Part shown: positions 31,828-41,625 of the stretch, piece by piece
Layout of the letters: each line of letters begins with the position of its first letter
Position numbering within the stretch: position 1 is the first letter of the stretch
From: an uncultured candidate division Zixibacteria bacterium
GTDB taxonomy: Bacteria > Zixibacteria > MSB-5A5 > GN15 > PGXB01
Length of the DNA stretch: 64,000 nucleotides
NCBI GenBank assembly: GCA_963702205.1
Contig: OY969724.1
Location: forward strand, 960,001-1,024,000
Direction of reading: 5' to 3'
Notes under the pieces: model-generated
Databases searched by the model: none
What the model saw: only the letters and a program-made list of their open reading frames with translations
What the model was told of the DNA's origin: nothing
Position numbers and translations under genes: made by a program

Positions 31828-32847
31828 TTGAGGAAAATATCCATAATAATTTTATTACAATTAATATTCATCGCGGCTATAATTCCGGCCTGTGGACAAA
31901 AAGCCAGGCAGGAAAATAACATGAACAAACATATTTTTGCCACCGCTGTTATCTGGAAAGAACAACTGCCGGATATCGTCCGGCTGGCTGAAAGTATCCG
32001 GACTTTCGGGGGGAAATACTCCGAGGCACCCGTCTGGGCCTTCTATTCTCCCGATGTCGAACTCGATGACTCGACGCTGACCGAAAAACTCGCGGATCTT
32101 GGAGTCGAACTTAAGCCGTACACGATTCCCGAAGGCGCGGCGTGGTTTTATTATGCCGGAAAGCCTTATGCCGCCGCCGAAGCCGAAGCAATTGCCGCTG
32201 AAGACAGCACGAATATTCTGGTCTGGGTCGATCCGGATACAATCTTCCTCATGCAGCCGGATGAGTTCGATCTGCCCGACAAAATCAGACTGGCCTATCG
32301 CACTATTATGCACAACCGCGCCGGGTCGTTGTACGATCAGCCGCCCGGTGCATTATGGCAACGCATCTACGAACTAACCTCTGTAACCGATGACATGCTC
32401 TTTCCCATGACCACGCAGGCCGATCTTCAAAAAATCCGGGCATACTTCCACTGCGGAATTTTGGTGCTCCGACCACAAAAGGGCATTTTGCGGCGCTGGG
32501 CCGACGATTTTTCAATGATGATTCAGGATTCGGTAATTGTCGAGCAGTGCCGCGCCGACGTCGACAAGCGCGTCTTCCTCCACCAGAACGCCCTGACCGG
32601 GGCCGTGTTAAATACTCTGGGTCGCGATGAAATGGTCGAACTGTCCGACCGCTATAATTATCCGCTGTTGTTCGAGAAAAATTACGAGGCCTCGCGGCCG
32701 TTCGACGATTTGACCGACGTCGTCAGTATGCGCTGTGTCGTTTCGGCCGAAAAAGTTGGACCGGATTGGTACACTGAATTGACAGGGCCGGAAGACAGGA
32801 TCGCGTGGCTGAGGGAGCGGCTTTTCCGCGAACCGGGCGTGCATTAA
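31828..32847 (+). CDS. Hypothetical protein with GT8-like (GT-A) motifs, possible lipoprotein
   Basis: WVDPDTIF (DxD), YFHCGILV, HQ and RYNYP motifs; GGAGG before TTG 31828; IPAC lipobox. Confidence 0.6.
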   Translation: MRKISIIILLQLIFIAAIIPACGQKARQENNMNKHIFATAVIWKEQLPDIVRLAESIRTFGGKYSEAPVWAFYSPDVELDDSTLTEKLADLGVELKPYTIPEGAAWFYYAGKPYAAAEAEAIAAEDSTNILVWVDPDTIFLMQPDEFDLPDKIRLAYRTIMHNRAGSLYDQPPGALWQRIYELTSVTDDMLFPMTTQADLQKIRAYFHCGILVLRPQKGILRRWADDFSMMIQDSVIVEQCRADVDKRVFLHQNALTGAVLNTLGRDEMVELSDRYNYPLLFEKNYEASRPFDDLTDVVSMRCVVSAEKVGPDWYTELTGPEDRIAWLRERLFREPGVH

Positions 32848-32933
32848 AATCACGATTTTTCACATTTTTCCTGATGTGATTGACAAATTTCCGAAATGGG
32901 ACGATTTTGGTCTAAAATCGCCAAGGAGGAAAT

Positions 32934-33404
32934 ATGTCACAAACAGTCGATTCCGATTTCATAAAACAGCGGTTGATGTACTTTCTGGACGAGACTTTCA
33001 ATAAGGTCGATGGCATCTATCTGGACAAAGGAACCTCTTTGCTTGAAACTCTCGCTTCCCTCGATACCGAGCGGGTCTCGCAGCCGGTTTGCCCCGGCGC
33101 GACTACTATTGCCGGTCAGGTTGAGCATATACGGTTATACCTGGCCGTGATGTTCGATTACATGCGGGGCAAATGGTACGAGAAACTCGATTGGAAACAA
33201 AGCTGGCTGGTGAGCAAAGTAACGCCCGACGAGTGGGACGACCTCTTGCGGCAGCTCCGTGAGATTCACGGCAATGTCATCAGCCTGATCGAATCGACGA
33301 CCGATTGGTCAGATGAGCGTCGGCTCGACGGAACTATGGCCGTGGTGGTGCACACGGCCTATCATCTCGGGGCCATCCGGCAGATGCTGCGGGTGGTCAA
33401 GTAA
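32934..33404 (+). CDS. DinB/YfiT-like protein
   Basis: TIAGQVEH and HTAYHLGAIRQ motifs; strong RBS. Confidence 0.85.
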   Translation: MSQTVDSDFIKQRLMYFLDETFNKVDGIYLDKGTSLLETLASLDTERVSQPVCPGATTIAGQVEHIRLYLAVMFDYMRGKWYEKLDWKQSWLVSKVTPDEWDDLLRQLREIHGNVISLIESTTDWSDERRLDGTMAVVVHTAYHLGAIRQMLRVVK

Positions 33405-33480
33405 GATTCTCATTTCCTGCGCTCCGTCAATAGCATCGCCGCTCGATCAGGCCCTGTCTCGTGAAATTGGGGTTCAAGTT

Positions 33481-33523
33481 CTGTCAGGCCATTTCCCGAT
33501 GAAATCGGGATGAGACCTGACAG
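33481..33523. repeat. REP-like nested palindrome
   Basis: CTGTCAGG..TCCCGAT-GAA-ATCGGGA..CCTGACAG between convergent genes. Confidence 0.65.
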
Positions 33524-33630
33524 TCTTAATATAATATATCCAAAGGAAAACCGCCGCGTCTGGCTCCCCGATACATCGAAAAGCAGGACGTGGCGGAACA
33601 ATTTCCAAGGCTGTGGACTTTGCGGGCGGC

Positions 33631-35379
33631 CTACCAGCTCCCGCCGCCGCCACCACCGCCGCCTCCACCGGAGAATCCGCCCCCGCCCCCGCCGCCGGAA
33701 CTTCCGCTGCCGCGCGGCGCGGAAAAAATTGTATTTCCGAGATGCGATGACGCCGCTGTAATCGAATTGGCGAACAGGATCGGAGTGAAGGTCGCAAAGC
33801 CGTGGCTGGCGACGTACCAATTGGGCGGATCGGTCAGCAGTCCCTGGAAGGCCTTGGTCCAGTGATCGACCACGTCCAGCGCGATGGCATACGGCAGATA
33901 TTTATAGTACACATCCTGACCCATCCGTTCCAGCCGGTCGCGGTCGGCCCGGTTCATGAATTCGCGGAATCCAAGAATGTGCATGCGAGCCAATGCTCCC
34001 AGCCGCGTTTTGGCGGGCATGGCGTTAGCGAACAGGATGACAATCAATCCGGAAATTACACCCACGATAAATCCTTTCCATTCCCCCGACGGCATTATGA
34101 GAAACAGAATCAGGGAAATGGCGAACATGAGCACGAAACCCATCACGGAATACTTGCCCTTGACTTTGTCGGGACTGACGCCGAAAAATTTCTTGTCGAG
34201 CAGGTCCTTGAACAGGGTGCTTTTTAGCGATGAAATGTGCACGTAGAATTTGTTTTTTAAATCGGACACGAGCACCGACGTCGCACCATCCTCGAACAAG
34301 TCATCGAAAAGTTGCCGTTCGAACGGGGTCAGGTCGAAGTCGCGATCTTTGAGCTTGATCAGTTCATATTCTTTCGATGTGAAAATCTTCAGCAGACCCT
34401 CGTTTTCGCTCTCTTTGATTTTGATAAATCCCTTCACCGCCAGTCCGACAATGGCGGCCGACAAATCCCTCTGATCGAGCTGTTCGTCGATCAGCGTTCC
34501 TACCTCCGCCGCCGACAGCGGTTTGTCACCGGCTTTCGGAGGGTCGTACATGACTGTCACCGCCTCGCGCACTTTGGGATCACGGCCTTTGCGGAACCAC
34601 TGCACGATCATGAAAATAAAAACCAGCGGAGGCAGAACGAAAACCCAGTTTTCGACAAGGTTTATCCTCCAGACGAATTTCTGCCAGTCCGACGGCGGTG
34701 TGACGATGCCTTTGTCCCAGCCGAAGGCAATGGTCAGTCCTTCTCCGCTGCCCAGAGGTTCGGTGGTTTCAAACAATACGCCGTCCTTGACGTCGGTCGT
34801 GCTGCAATTGGATTGATTGGACCCATAGTGCCCGGTGTAGCAGTCACCGCTCAACCCGCTGCTTTTCTTATCGGCGTTGAGCGTCACCAGAGCCGAGGCT
34901 TTCTTGATTGGAGCCTGCCAGTAATTGCCGGTGACATTCCAGTACAGCTCGTCGTGATTGTCGAAAAACAACAGGGCGTTTTCCACGGTATAATCAATCA
35001 CATAAGTTTGCTGCCCATGGACGTAACGGTCGGCGTCACCGATGCGAATATTGACGACGTTTCCCTGGTGCGAAACGCGGTACGTGTGCGGGTTGCCGTC
35101 GGCGTCTTTCACGGAATGCACCGAAATCGGCATTATTTTGGTGTGACCGAGTTCGTCGACGTAACGGTACGGTATCTCGCGATAGATGCCGTGTTTTTGC
35201 CGCTCGAAATTGACCTGGATGGATTCGGTAATGTCGACGGTGCTGTTCTGGTTGACCCTGATTACGGCACCATACTGCTCGATAACGAAATCCTGCGCCG
35301 ACAAACAGGAGGCTGCCACCAGGACCAGCAAACCGGCGAACAACGTTAGCCGGATGGTCTTAAAAATATTCGTCTTCAT
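33631..35379 (-). CDS. DUF2207 membrane protein
   Basis: HGIYREIP, ELYWN, YLPYAIAL and GGFSGGGGGGGGGGSW tail; next to lemA. Confidence 0.93.
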   Translation of the reverse strand: MKTNIFKTIRLTLFAGLLVLVAASCLSAQDFVIEQYGAVIRVNQNSTVDITESIQVNFERQKHGIYREIPYRYVDELGHTKIMPISVHSVKDADGNPHTYRVSHQGNVVNIRIGDADRYVHGQQTYVIDYTVENALLFFDNHDELYWNVTGNYWQAPIKKASALVTLNADKKSSGLSGDCYTGHYGSNQSNCSTTDVKDGVLFETTEPLGSGEGLTIAFGWDKGIVTPPSDWQKFVWRINLVENWVFVLPPLVFIFMIVQWFRKGRDPKVREAVTVMYDPPKAGDKPLSAAEVGTLIDEQLDQRDLSAAIVGLAVKGFIKIKESENEGLLKIFTSKEYELIKLKDRDFDLTPFERQLFDDLFEDGATSVLVSDLKNKFYVHISSLKSTLFKDLLDKKFFGVSPDKVKGKYSVMGFVLMFAISLILFLIMPSGEWKGFIVGVISGLIVILFANAMPAKTRLGALARMHILGFREFMNRADRDRLERMGQDVYYKYLPYAIALDVVDHWTKAFQGLLTDPPNWYVASHGFATFTPILFANSITAASSHLGNTIFSAPRGSGSSGGGGGGGFSGGGGGGGGGGSW

Positions 35380-35394
35380 ATTTCCTCCCGACTA

Positions 35395-35949
35395 TTATGA
35401 AAAATCCGGGCGGATCGGTTTTCTTTCTTCGGGCAATTCCAGCTCGAAAAATTCGGCCGGTTTGAACCCGAGCATCCCCGCGAAAATCACCGCCGGAAAA
35501 GTCTGCATGGCGGTGTTGAAATCGCGGACGACGGCATTATAGTAGCGTCGGGCCGATTCGATCGCGTCTTCCAGCTGCTGGAACTGCCCCTGCAACTGGA
35601 GGAAATTCTGATTAGCTTTCAGTTCGGGGTAATTTTCGGCGACGGCAAACAGGCTCTTTAATGTATCCCGAAACATATTTTCCGATTTGGCCATCTGCTG
35701 CGGGCTGCCACCCTGCATGGCCATCGAGCGCGCTTCCGTGACTTTTTCGAATACTTCTCTCTCGTGTTTGGCATACGCTTTGACCGTCTCCACCAAACTC
35801 GGGACAAGATCGAATCTTTTCTTGAGCTGGACGTCGATATCCGACCATGACGATTGCACCGTGTTTCTCAGTTTAATCAGTCGGTTGTATATCGTAATCG
35901 ATGCGATTATGATTATGGCCAGTACGGCCAATAGAACATACGTTAGCAT
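35395..35949 (-). CDS. lemA: LemA family protein
   Basis: YN.L, IDVQLKKR.DL.P, AENYPELKA and RRYYN motifs; start ATG 35949. Confidence 0.96.
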   Translation of the reverse strand: MLTYVLLAVLAIIIIASITIYNRLIKLRNTVQSSWSDIDVQLKKRFDLVPSLVETVKAYAKHEREVFEKVTEARSMAMQGGSPQQMAKSENMFRDTLKSLFAVAENYPELKANQNFLQLQGQFQQLEDAIESARRYYNAVVRDFNTAMQTFPAVIFAGMLGFKPAEFFELELPEERKPIRPDFS

Positions 35950-36151
35950 TGATTTCTCTCCTTTTTGTGAATTCCGCCGAATGTTACGCAGATTTAATAT
36001 TCCCGTCAATTAATAAAACCTGTAGCAAAACGCCATTCGAGGTTTTCCGGGCATTGTCTCTCCGAACTTATATACCCGTAAGGTTTATAAATATTCGAGC
36101 TTGTATAAAATATCTGTTACTTTTTAACTGCTGGTTTCATCTTAACTGCAG

Positions 36152-36721
36152 ATGGGAATTAATAAATCTCTTTTCTGGCAACTGGTCGAAGAAGAACACG
36201 ACCGAACCAGGGCCTTCTGTTTTCGACTATCCGGAAATGTCGATGATGGTGACGATTTGTATCAGGAAGCGATAATAAAGGCCTTTCATGGACACGACAA
36301 CCTGCGCCGACCCGAATCGTTTCGTTGCTGGCTGTATAAAATAATCGGCAACGAATACAAAGGCCGGTTTCGAAGCCCGTGGTGGAAGCGGCTCGTGTTC
36401 GGCTCGAAAATTGGTCCGGGATCGGAACCGAGCGAAAACCCTTCGGGATTGTTTGCGGCAAGGCGCCGCCTCGACCTGGCGATGTCGGTGCTGTCGGCGG
36501 AAGATCGCTGGCTGGTGGTGCTCTGTGAACTGGAAGGCTGGAAAATCACCGAGGTGGCGAAACTGCAGTCAAAAACCGAATGTCAGATAAAGATGCGCCT
36601 TTCGCGGGCGCGCAGTAAAATGCGAAAGAAACTGGTCGCTCTTTACGGAGCGAAAAACTCTAACAATGTTTGGGAAAACGAACCGTATGAACTGTCAACA
36701 GGCTCGGAAAAGATTAAATGA
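36152..36721 (+). CDS. ECF RNA polymerase sigma factor
   Basis: DDLYQE, SF..WLYKI and region 4 (EVA..IKMRLSRAR) motifs. Confidence 0.93.
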   Translation: MGINKSLFWQLVEEEHDRTRAFCFRLSGNVDDGDDLYQEAIIKAFHGHDNLRRPESFRCWLYKIIGNEYKGRFRSPWWKRLVFGSKIGPGSEPSENPSGLFAARRRLDLAMSVLSAEDRWLVVLCELEGWKITEVAKLQSKTECQIKMRLSRARSKMRKKLVALYGAKNSNNVWENEPYELSTGSEKIK

Positions 36722-37355
36722 CGCCGACTGGCGGCAGGATATTTATGGCCGCGATCGTGAACTGACCGACCATATTGCTTCCTGTCCCGACTGTGCCGCA
36801 CTGGTTAACGCTGAAACTGCTGTCCACCGCGATGTGCAGACCTGGCATAATGCCACTCCGGAAAGGCAATTGACGGTCGCCGAGGTAAAAAGCAAAGCTG
36901 AAGATTCAGGTCGGCCCCTGTTCGGATTCCCGCTGTTTTTATCGCGCCACCGCCTCGCTTTGGGGCTGACAATAATAATTCTGGCCGTCACGGCGTTTTA
37001 TCCGATAAAAACACGGGAACAGGTCGGATATGAGATTTCCATCACCGGCGTTGACAAAAACATCGCCACCGACAGCAAGGGTATCATGACCCTTCTTTGG
37101 GCGCTGGGTATGGATGAAGATAAAATCGAGACTTTATTGGATTCTCTGGAAATAAAGGAAGTGCATCTAAAAGTCGGAGACTGCAGCGAAACCTGTCACC
37201 TGAGCATCTCGGACCTGAAAACCGAGCGCGACGCCGAGCTGGTCGCGAAGGCCATTGTCGACCTCGGCTGCTGTGAGATAGATAAAATAATTCCCATCTT
37301 TCAAAATGAATCAACCACCCTTTTGGGTGAAGCCACCCGAAAATTGTTCTCGTAG
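36687..37355 (+). CDS. Zinc-binding (ZAS) anti-sigma factor
   Basis: MNC..HIASCPDC (HxxxCxxC), one TM, overlaps the sigma gene. Confidence 0.85.
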   Translation: MNCQQARKRLNDADWRQDIYGRDRELTDHIASCPDCAALVNAETAVHRDVQTWHNATPERQLTVAEVKSKAEDSGRPLFGFPLFLSRHRLALGLTIIILAVTAFYPIKTREQVGYEISITGVDKNIATDSKGIMTLLWALGMDEDKIETLLDSLEIKEVHLKVGDCSETCHLSISDLKTERDAELVAKAIVDLGCCEIDKIIPIFQNESTTLLGEATRKLFS

Positions 37356-37367
37356 ACTATCAAGGAG

Positions 37368-38099
37368 TTGAAAATGAAATCAATCAAATCAATAATATTC
37401 GCAGGCATCATCGCACTGGCCTTCGGGCCAACCGCCCTGGCCGAGGCGGAACTGACCATCCCGAAGGAAAACTTCGATTTCGGTATAATGCCGCAAAACT
37501 CCAGAGTATTCGGCGGCTACTGGCTGGTTTCGAGCGGCAGCGATACGCTCAAGATTACCGATGTCAAGCCCGGCTGCGGCTGCACCAAAGCCCCGTTGAA
37601 AAAATCCAGGATTGCCCCCGGTGACAGCACTTTTCTGGAAATATCGTTCAGCTCCAAGCAGTACACCAACCGGGTTCACAAGACGATCAGGATCAACAGC
37701 AATACCTCCGAACCGAGCCGGACAATCTCGCTGACCGGATTCGTGCAGGTGCAAATGGATTCCACGAAACCGGTCATTATCAGTCCGTACAAACTGGACG
37801 TCTCCCAGTACGGCACCAGAAAACGCGATTATATTAATTTTACGATGGAAAACGTTACCGACCAGGACCTCACCTGGCATATGGTGTATTATCCGACAGA
37901 CTATTTCGACGTGGATTTGCCTTATGCAATCAAGGCCGGTCAGAAAGTCAAGGGGACATTGACGGTCAAGCCGGATTATGTCAACGAAAACATCGATCAG
38001 TCGTTTACGATTGAATTTAACAATCAGGGCCGAACCCATTTTACGATTCCGGTGATCCGCACGGTTCGTCACCCGGCCAAATCTTCCGCCGGAAAATAA
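37368..38099 (+). CDS. DUF1573 Ig-like exported protein
   Basis: FDFG..L.I..V.PGCGCT..I.PG motif; signal peptide. Confidence 0.88.
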   Translation: MKMKSIKSIIFAGIIALAFGPTALAEAELTIPKENFDFGIMPQNSRVFGGYWLVSSGSDTLKITDVKPGCGCTKAPLKKSRIAPGDSTFLEISFSSKQYTNRVHKTIRINSNTSEPSRTISLTGFVQVQMDSTKPVIISPYKLDVSQYGTRKRDYINFTMENVTDQDLTWHMVYYPTDYFDVDLPYAIKAGQKVKGTLTVKPDYVNENIDQSFTIEFNNQGRTHFTIPVIRTVRHPAKSSAGK

Positions 38100-38109
38100 T
38101 GCTGCTTTG

Positions 38110-38139
38110 AATAAAGCCCCTCGATTGGGGGGTTTTATT
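38110..38139 (+). terminator. Intrinsic terminator
   Basis: AATAAAGCCCCTC-GATT-GGGGGGTTTTATT hairpin (with G:T pairs). Confidence 0.7.
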
Positions 38140-38285
38140 ATCGATGCCTAATATGACAATAATAGTCCTAATAATCTATTATTTTTATTGCTCGAAATTT
38201 ATAAACTCATATATTTATAAATGATGCTGAAAAGATGCTGAACGAGACATTTTAAATCTCCAACCCTCACATTTCAGGAGGATCT

Positions 38286-39176
38286 ATGAAGCAACTTTTT
38301 GGCATTGCTCTGGCAATTCTGGCTGTGTTGCTCGTGTTCGCCTGCAGCAGCACTCCGCCGACCCAGCCCAGTTCCCACGTCGATTATTCGGCGCCTCTGG
38401 TTCAGCGCCCTGACTTCGTGGAAACCCGTCCGGCCGACGTCGTGGCCAATTTCACGCTGACGTACCAAAAAGTCCCGACCGCCGTACTTAGCAAAAAGCC
38501 CGCGCCGGAACCGCCGCCCGACACGACCAGCGGCGATCCCAATCCCAATCCGGGCCATAAGTACGCTTATATTGTGGGTATTTCCGACTACGAAGGCACG
38601 GCGAATGATCTGGAGTTTTGCGACGACGATGCCCAGGCCATGCGGGCATGGCTGCTGACCCAGGGATTCACCTGCCGTATGGACCTCGATATGAATGCCA
38701 CGGGTACTAATATTACGGCCGGTTTACAGTGGCTTATCGATAATGCCGAGTCCGGAGATGAGATCGCGTTTTGTTATTCCGGTCACGGCGGTCGTTCCAC
38801 CGAAGGTTCGGCCATTATTTCGGCCGATTTGTACTATGTCACCCACGGCTATGTCATGTCGTATTTCAACGCCGTCAATTGCACCAAAAAGCTGGCGACG
38901 CTCGATGCCTGTGTTATTGGTGACTTCCATCTCGACGTCGTCGACGGTACGTTCATGGCTACGGCGTCCGATCGCAAATATTCTTATGACGCCCCGACTC
39001 TTGAGCATGGCGCCTGGACTTATTACTGGCTCGATGGTGTCGAAGACATGAATTTGATCTATGCCGAAGACGCCGCTCCGTACGCCGAAGACGGCATGGA
39101 AGACTGGGCCGCTTCTTATCGTCTTAAAGTCGATCCCAAACATACTGATTTGTATACCGGTCAAATGGATATGTAA
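38286..39176 (+). CDS. Caspase-family (C14-like) cysteine peptidase lipoprotein
   Basis: AYIVGISDY..L..C.DDA, YSGHG and LDAC dyad; lipobox VFAC; Pro-rich linker. Confidence 0.88.
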   Translation: MKQLFGIALAILAVLLVFACSSTPPTQPSSHVDYSAPLVQRPDFVETRPADVVANFTLTYQKVPTAVLSKKPAPEPPPDTTSGDPNPNPGHKYAYIVGISDYEGTANDLEFCDDDAQAMRAWLLTQGFTCRMDLDMNATGTNITAGLQWLIDNAESGDEIAFCYSGHGGRSTEGSAIISADLYYVTHGYVMSYFNAVNCTKKLATLDACVIGDFHLDVVDGTFMATASDRKYSYDAPTLEHGAWTYYWLDGVEDMNLIYAEDAAPYAEDGMEDWAASYRLKVDPKHTDLYTGQMDM

Positions 39177-39195
39177 GGACAGTATCGGCACTCCA

Positions 39196-39231
39196 CAAAA
39201 AGAGGCTCGTTTCGGCGAGCCTCTTTGTTTT
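39196..39231. terminator. Bidirectional intrinsic terminator
   Basis: AAAGAGGCTCG / CGAGCCTCTTT stem between convergent genes. Confidence 0.85.
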
Positions 39232-39241
39232 AGCATGCCCT

Positions 39242-39589
39242 TTAGTATTTCGGTTCGTACAATTCCACCTCGATATCACCCGGCATTTTGAAATGAGTAA
39301 TAAACCCGTATTCATTAGGTTTTATTTCATCGACAAACTCCACACCTCGCTCTTTTAATTCCGCGACTGTCTGCCTTATGTCTTCGCAGTAGAATGATAT
39401 GTATGGCAGGCCCGACGGTTTGCCTTTGGCCGGGTCGTCGGGATGACACCCCATATTGGCTTCGGGCAAATCGAAAATCAACCAGCCTCCGCCGACGTCG
39501 GTATACGGAAATCTCAATTTGTCGCGAATAAAGGCCCTCAACTCATCCGGTTGTGACGTGAAAAACATGGTATGAACACCCTTGATCAT
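39242..39589 (-). CDS. VOC/glyoxalase family protein
   Basis: GVH..LR.F..D.L, ISFYCEDI and ELYE motifs. Confidence 0.88.
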   Translation of the reverse strand: MIKGVHTMFFTSQPDELRAFIRDKLRFPYTDVGGGWLIFDLPEANMGCHPDDPAKGKPSGLPYISFYCEDIRQTVAELKERGVEFVDEIKPNEYGFITHFKMPGDIEVELYEPKY

Positions 39590-39822
39590 TCTTCCTCCAG
39601 GTTCGGTATGCGCCAGTGTTTTGGGCCCTTTTCTTATCTGCTCCTGAACAATGATTAATAGGCCCGTAATTAAAATAAAACGACGGTTATATCGATATAT
39701 TTGAGAATTTAAATCGTCATCACGGCCAAACGAAGAATTGCGCTTTGAAATTCCCCTTGCCCGGCGGACTCGACTTTCGTTAATTGGTGCGTAATTATAT
39801 ATCTAATGGGGAGAATACCGTT

Positions 39823-41505
39823 ATGACCGATAAATTTATATTTCACATGCGAGGCCTGAATAAATTCTTTGGCACCAAGCAGGTTTTGAAAGACGTCAAC
39901 CTGAGCTTTTATCCCGGCGCCAAAATCGGAATCGTCGGCGAAAACGGTTCCGGCAAATCGACTCTGCTGCGAATCATGGCCGGGGCGGATACCGAATTCC
40001 AGGGCGATGCTTTCATCACGTCGGGCTATCGGGCCGGTATGGTCGAGCAGGAGCCGCGACTCGACCCGGACCTGACCGTCCGCCAGACCATCGAATCGGC
40101 CTTCAGCGAAACCCGGGCTCTGCTCGATGAGTACAACCAACTGGCCGACAACATGGCCACGCCGATGGATGACGATGACATGCAGAAGGCTATGGACAAA
40201 ATGGGAGTTTTGCAGGACAAAATCGATACCCTCGATGCCTGGAATCTCGACCATGCCATCAATGTCGCCAGTGACGCCTTGTGTCTCCCCGAGGACAACC
40301 GGGTTGTCGGCACCTTGTCCGGTGGCGAAAAGCGCCGGGTGGCTTTGTGCAAAATTTTGCTGGAAAAGCCGGACCTGCTCTTGCTCGATGAACCGACCAA
40401 CCACCTCGACGCCGAAACAATCAACTGGCTCGAAGAACAGTTAGTCGTGTATCCCGGCACCGTAATTATAGTCACGCACGACCGGTATTTTCTGGATAAC
40501 GTCACCAAATGGATTCTGGAACTCGAAGCCGGACACGGGATACCGTGGGAGGGCAATTATACTTCATGGCTGGAACAGAAGCTGGTCGATCTGGCTGAAG
40601 GTGAGAAAAAGGATTCGCCCCGAAGCAAGATGCTTCAACGGGAATTGTCGTGGATTCGCATGAGCCGTGGCGAGCGCAAAGAGCAGTCGCGAGCTCGAAT
40701 TCGTGACTATGAGCAGTTGGTCGCCAAAGAAACCGCCGCTCGCAAATCCGAAAGTGCCGTTGTCATACAGATCGCACCGGGTCCCGATCTCGGCAATCAG
40801 GTCGTTGAGTTTCATGACGTCGCGATGGGTTTCGATGACCAGCGGCTGTTCGAAAAACTCGATTTCATCGTCCCGCGCGGGGCCGTTATCGGTCTGGCCG
40901 GGCCCAACGGCACCGGCAAGACGACCCTGTTTAACCTTATTGCGGGGAATTTGCAGCCGCTCGACGGCGGCATCAAACTCGGCACGACTGTCAGTCTGGT
41001 CTATGCCGATCAGGAACGTGAAGCCATCATCGGTGATAAGCCGCTGATCGAAGAAGTCGGCGGGGGCCTGGATGAAATCCCGATCGGCAATCGCAAAATC
41101 CCCATCCGTCAGTACCTGGCCCAGTTCGGTTTCAAGGGTTCGGCTCAGCAAAAAAAGGCCGGAGAGCTTTCCGGCGGCGAGCGCAACCGGTGTCACCTTG
41201 CCAAAGTTCTCAAGGCCGGGGGGAATTTGATTTTACTCGATGAACCGACCAACGATCTCGATGTCAACACTCTCCGCATGCTGGAAGAGGCTATTCTGCA
41301 GTTTTCGGGCTGCATTATGGTTATCAGTCACGACCGATTCTTCCTCGATCGTGTCTGCACCCACCTGCTGGTTTTCGAGGGTGACGGCAAAGTCCGCTGG
41401 TTCGAAGGCAATTTCTCCGAATATCAGGAATGGCGAAGCAAAGAGTTGGGCGATCGGCTGTTCGAAAATCGCCGCAATCGCTATCGAACCCTGGTAAAGG
41501 CCTGA
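39823..41505 (+). CDS. ettA: ABC-F energy-dependent translational throttle EttA
   Basis: LSFYPGAKIG, two ABC domains, GIPWEGNY.SWLEQK. Confidence 0.93.
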   Translation: MTDKFIFHMRGLNKFFGTKQVLKDVNLSFYPGAKIGIVGENGSGKSTLLRIMAGADTEFQGDAFITSGYRAGMVEQEPRLDPDLTVRQTIESAFSETRALLDEYNQLADNMATPMDDDDMQKAMDKMGVLQDKIDTLDAWNLDHAINVASDALCLPEDNRVVGTLSGGEKRRVALCKILLEKPDLLLLDEPTNHLDAETINWLEEQLVVYPGTVIIVTHDRYFLDNVTKWILELEAGHGIPWEGNYTSWLEQKLVDLAEGEKKDSPRSKMLQRELSWIRMSRGERKEQSRARIRDYEQLVAKETAARKSESAVVIQIAPGPDLGNQVVEFHDVAMGFDDQRLFEKLDFIVPRGAVIGLAGPNGTGKTTLFNLIAGNLQPLDGGIKLGTTVSLVYADQEREAIIGDKPLIEEVGGGLDEIPIGNRKIPIRQYLAQFGFKGSAQQKKAGELSGGERNRCHLAKVLKAGGNLILLDEPTNDLDVNTLRMLEEAILQFSGCIMVISHDRFFLDRVCTHLLVFEGDGKVRWFEGNFSEYQEWRSKELGDRLFENRRNRYRTLVKA

Positions 41506-41625
41506 CCTTTTATTTAACGGCAAGCATTTCTTTAAAATAAATGCAAATTACCCCCGCTTGATTTTTTTTATTTTTATGGCCGTTGTACGCCCCACATGCG
41601 ATATTGATAGCGCGAGTTAATTTTT

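Noticed and set aside
33631..33715. GGC/CCG-rich low-complexity repeat
   Set aside because: It encodes the normal Gly-rich C-terminus of DUF2207 proteins
38198..38221. Two TTTATAAA palindromes upstream of the caspase-like gene
   Set aside because: Expected by chance in very AT-rich promoter DNA
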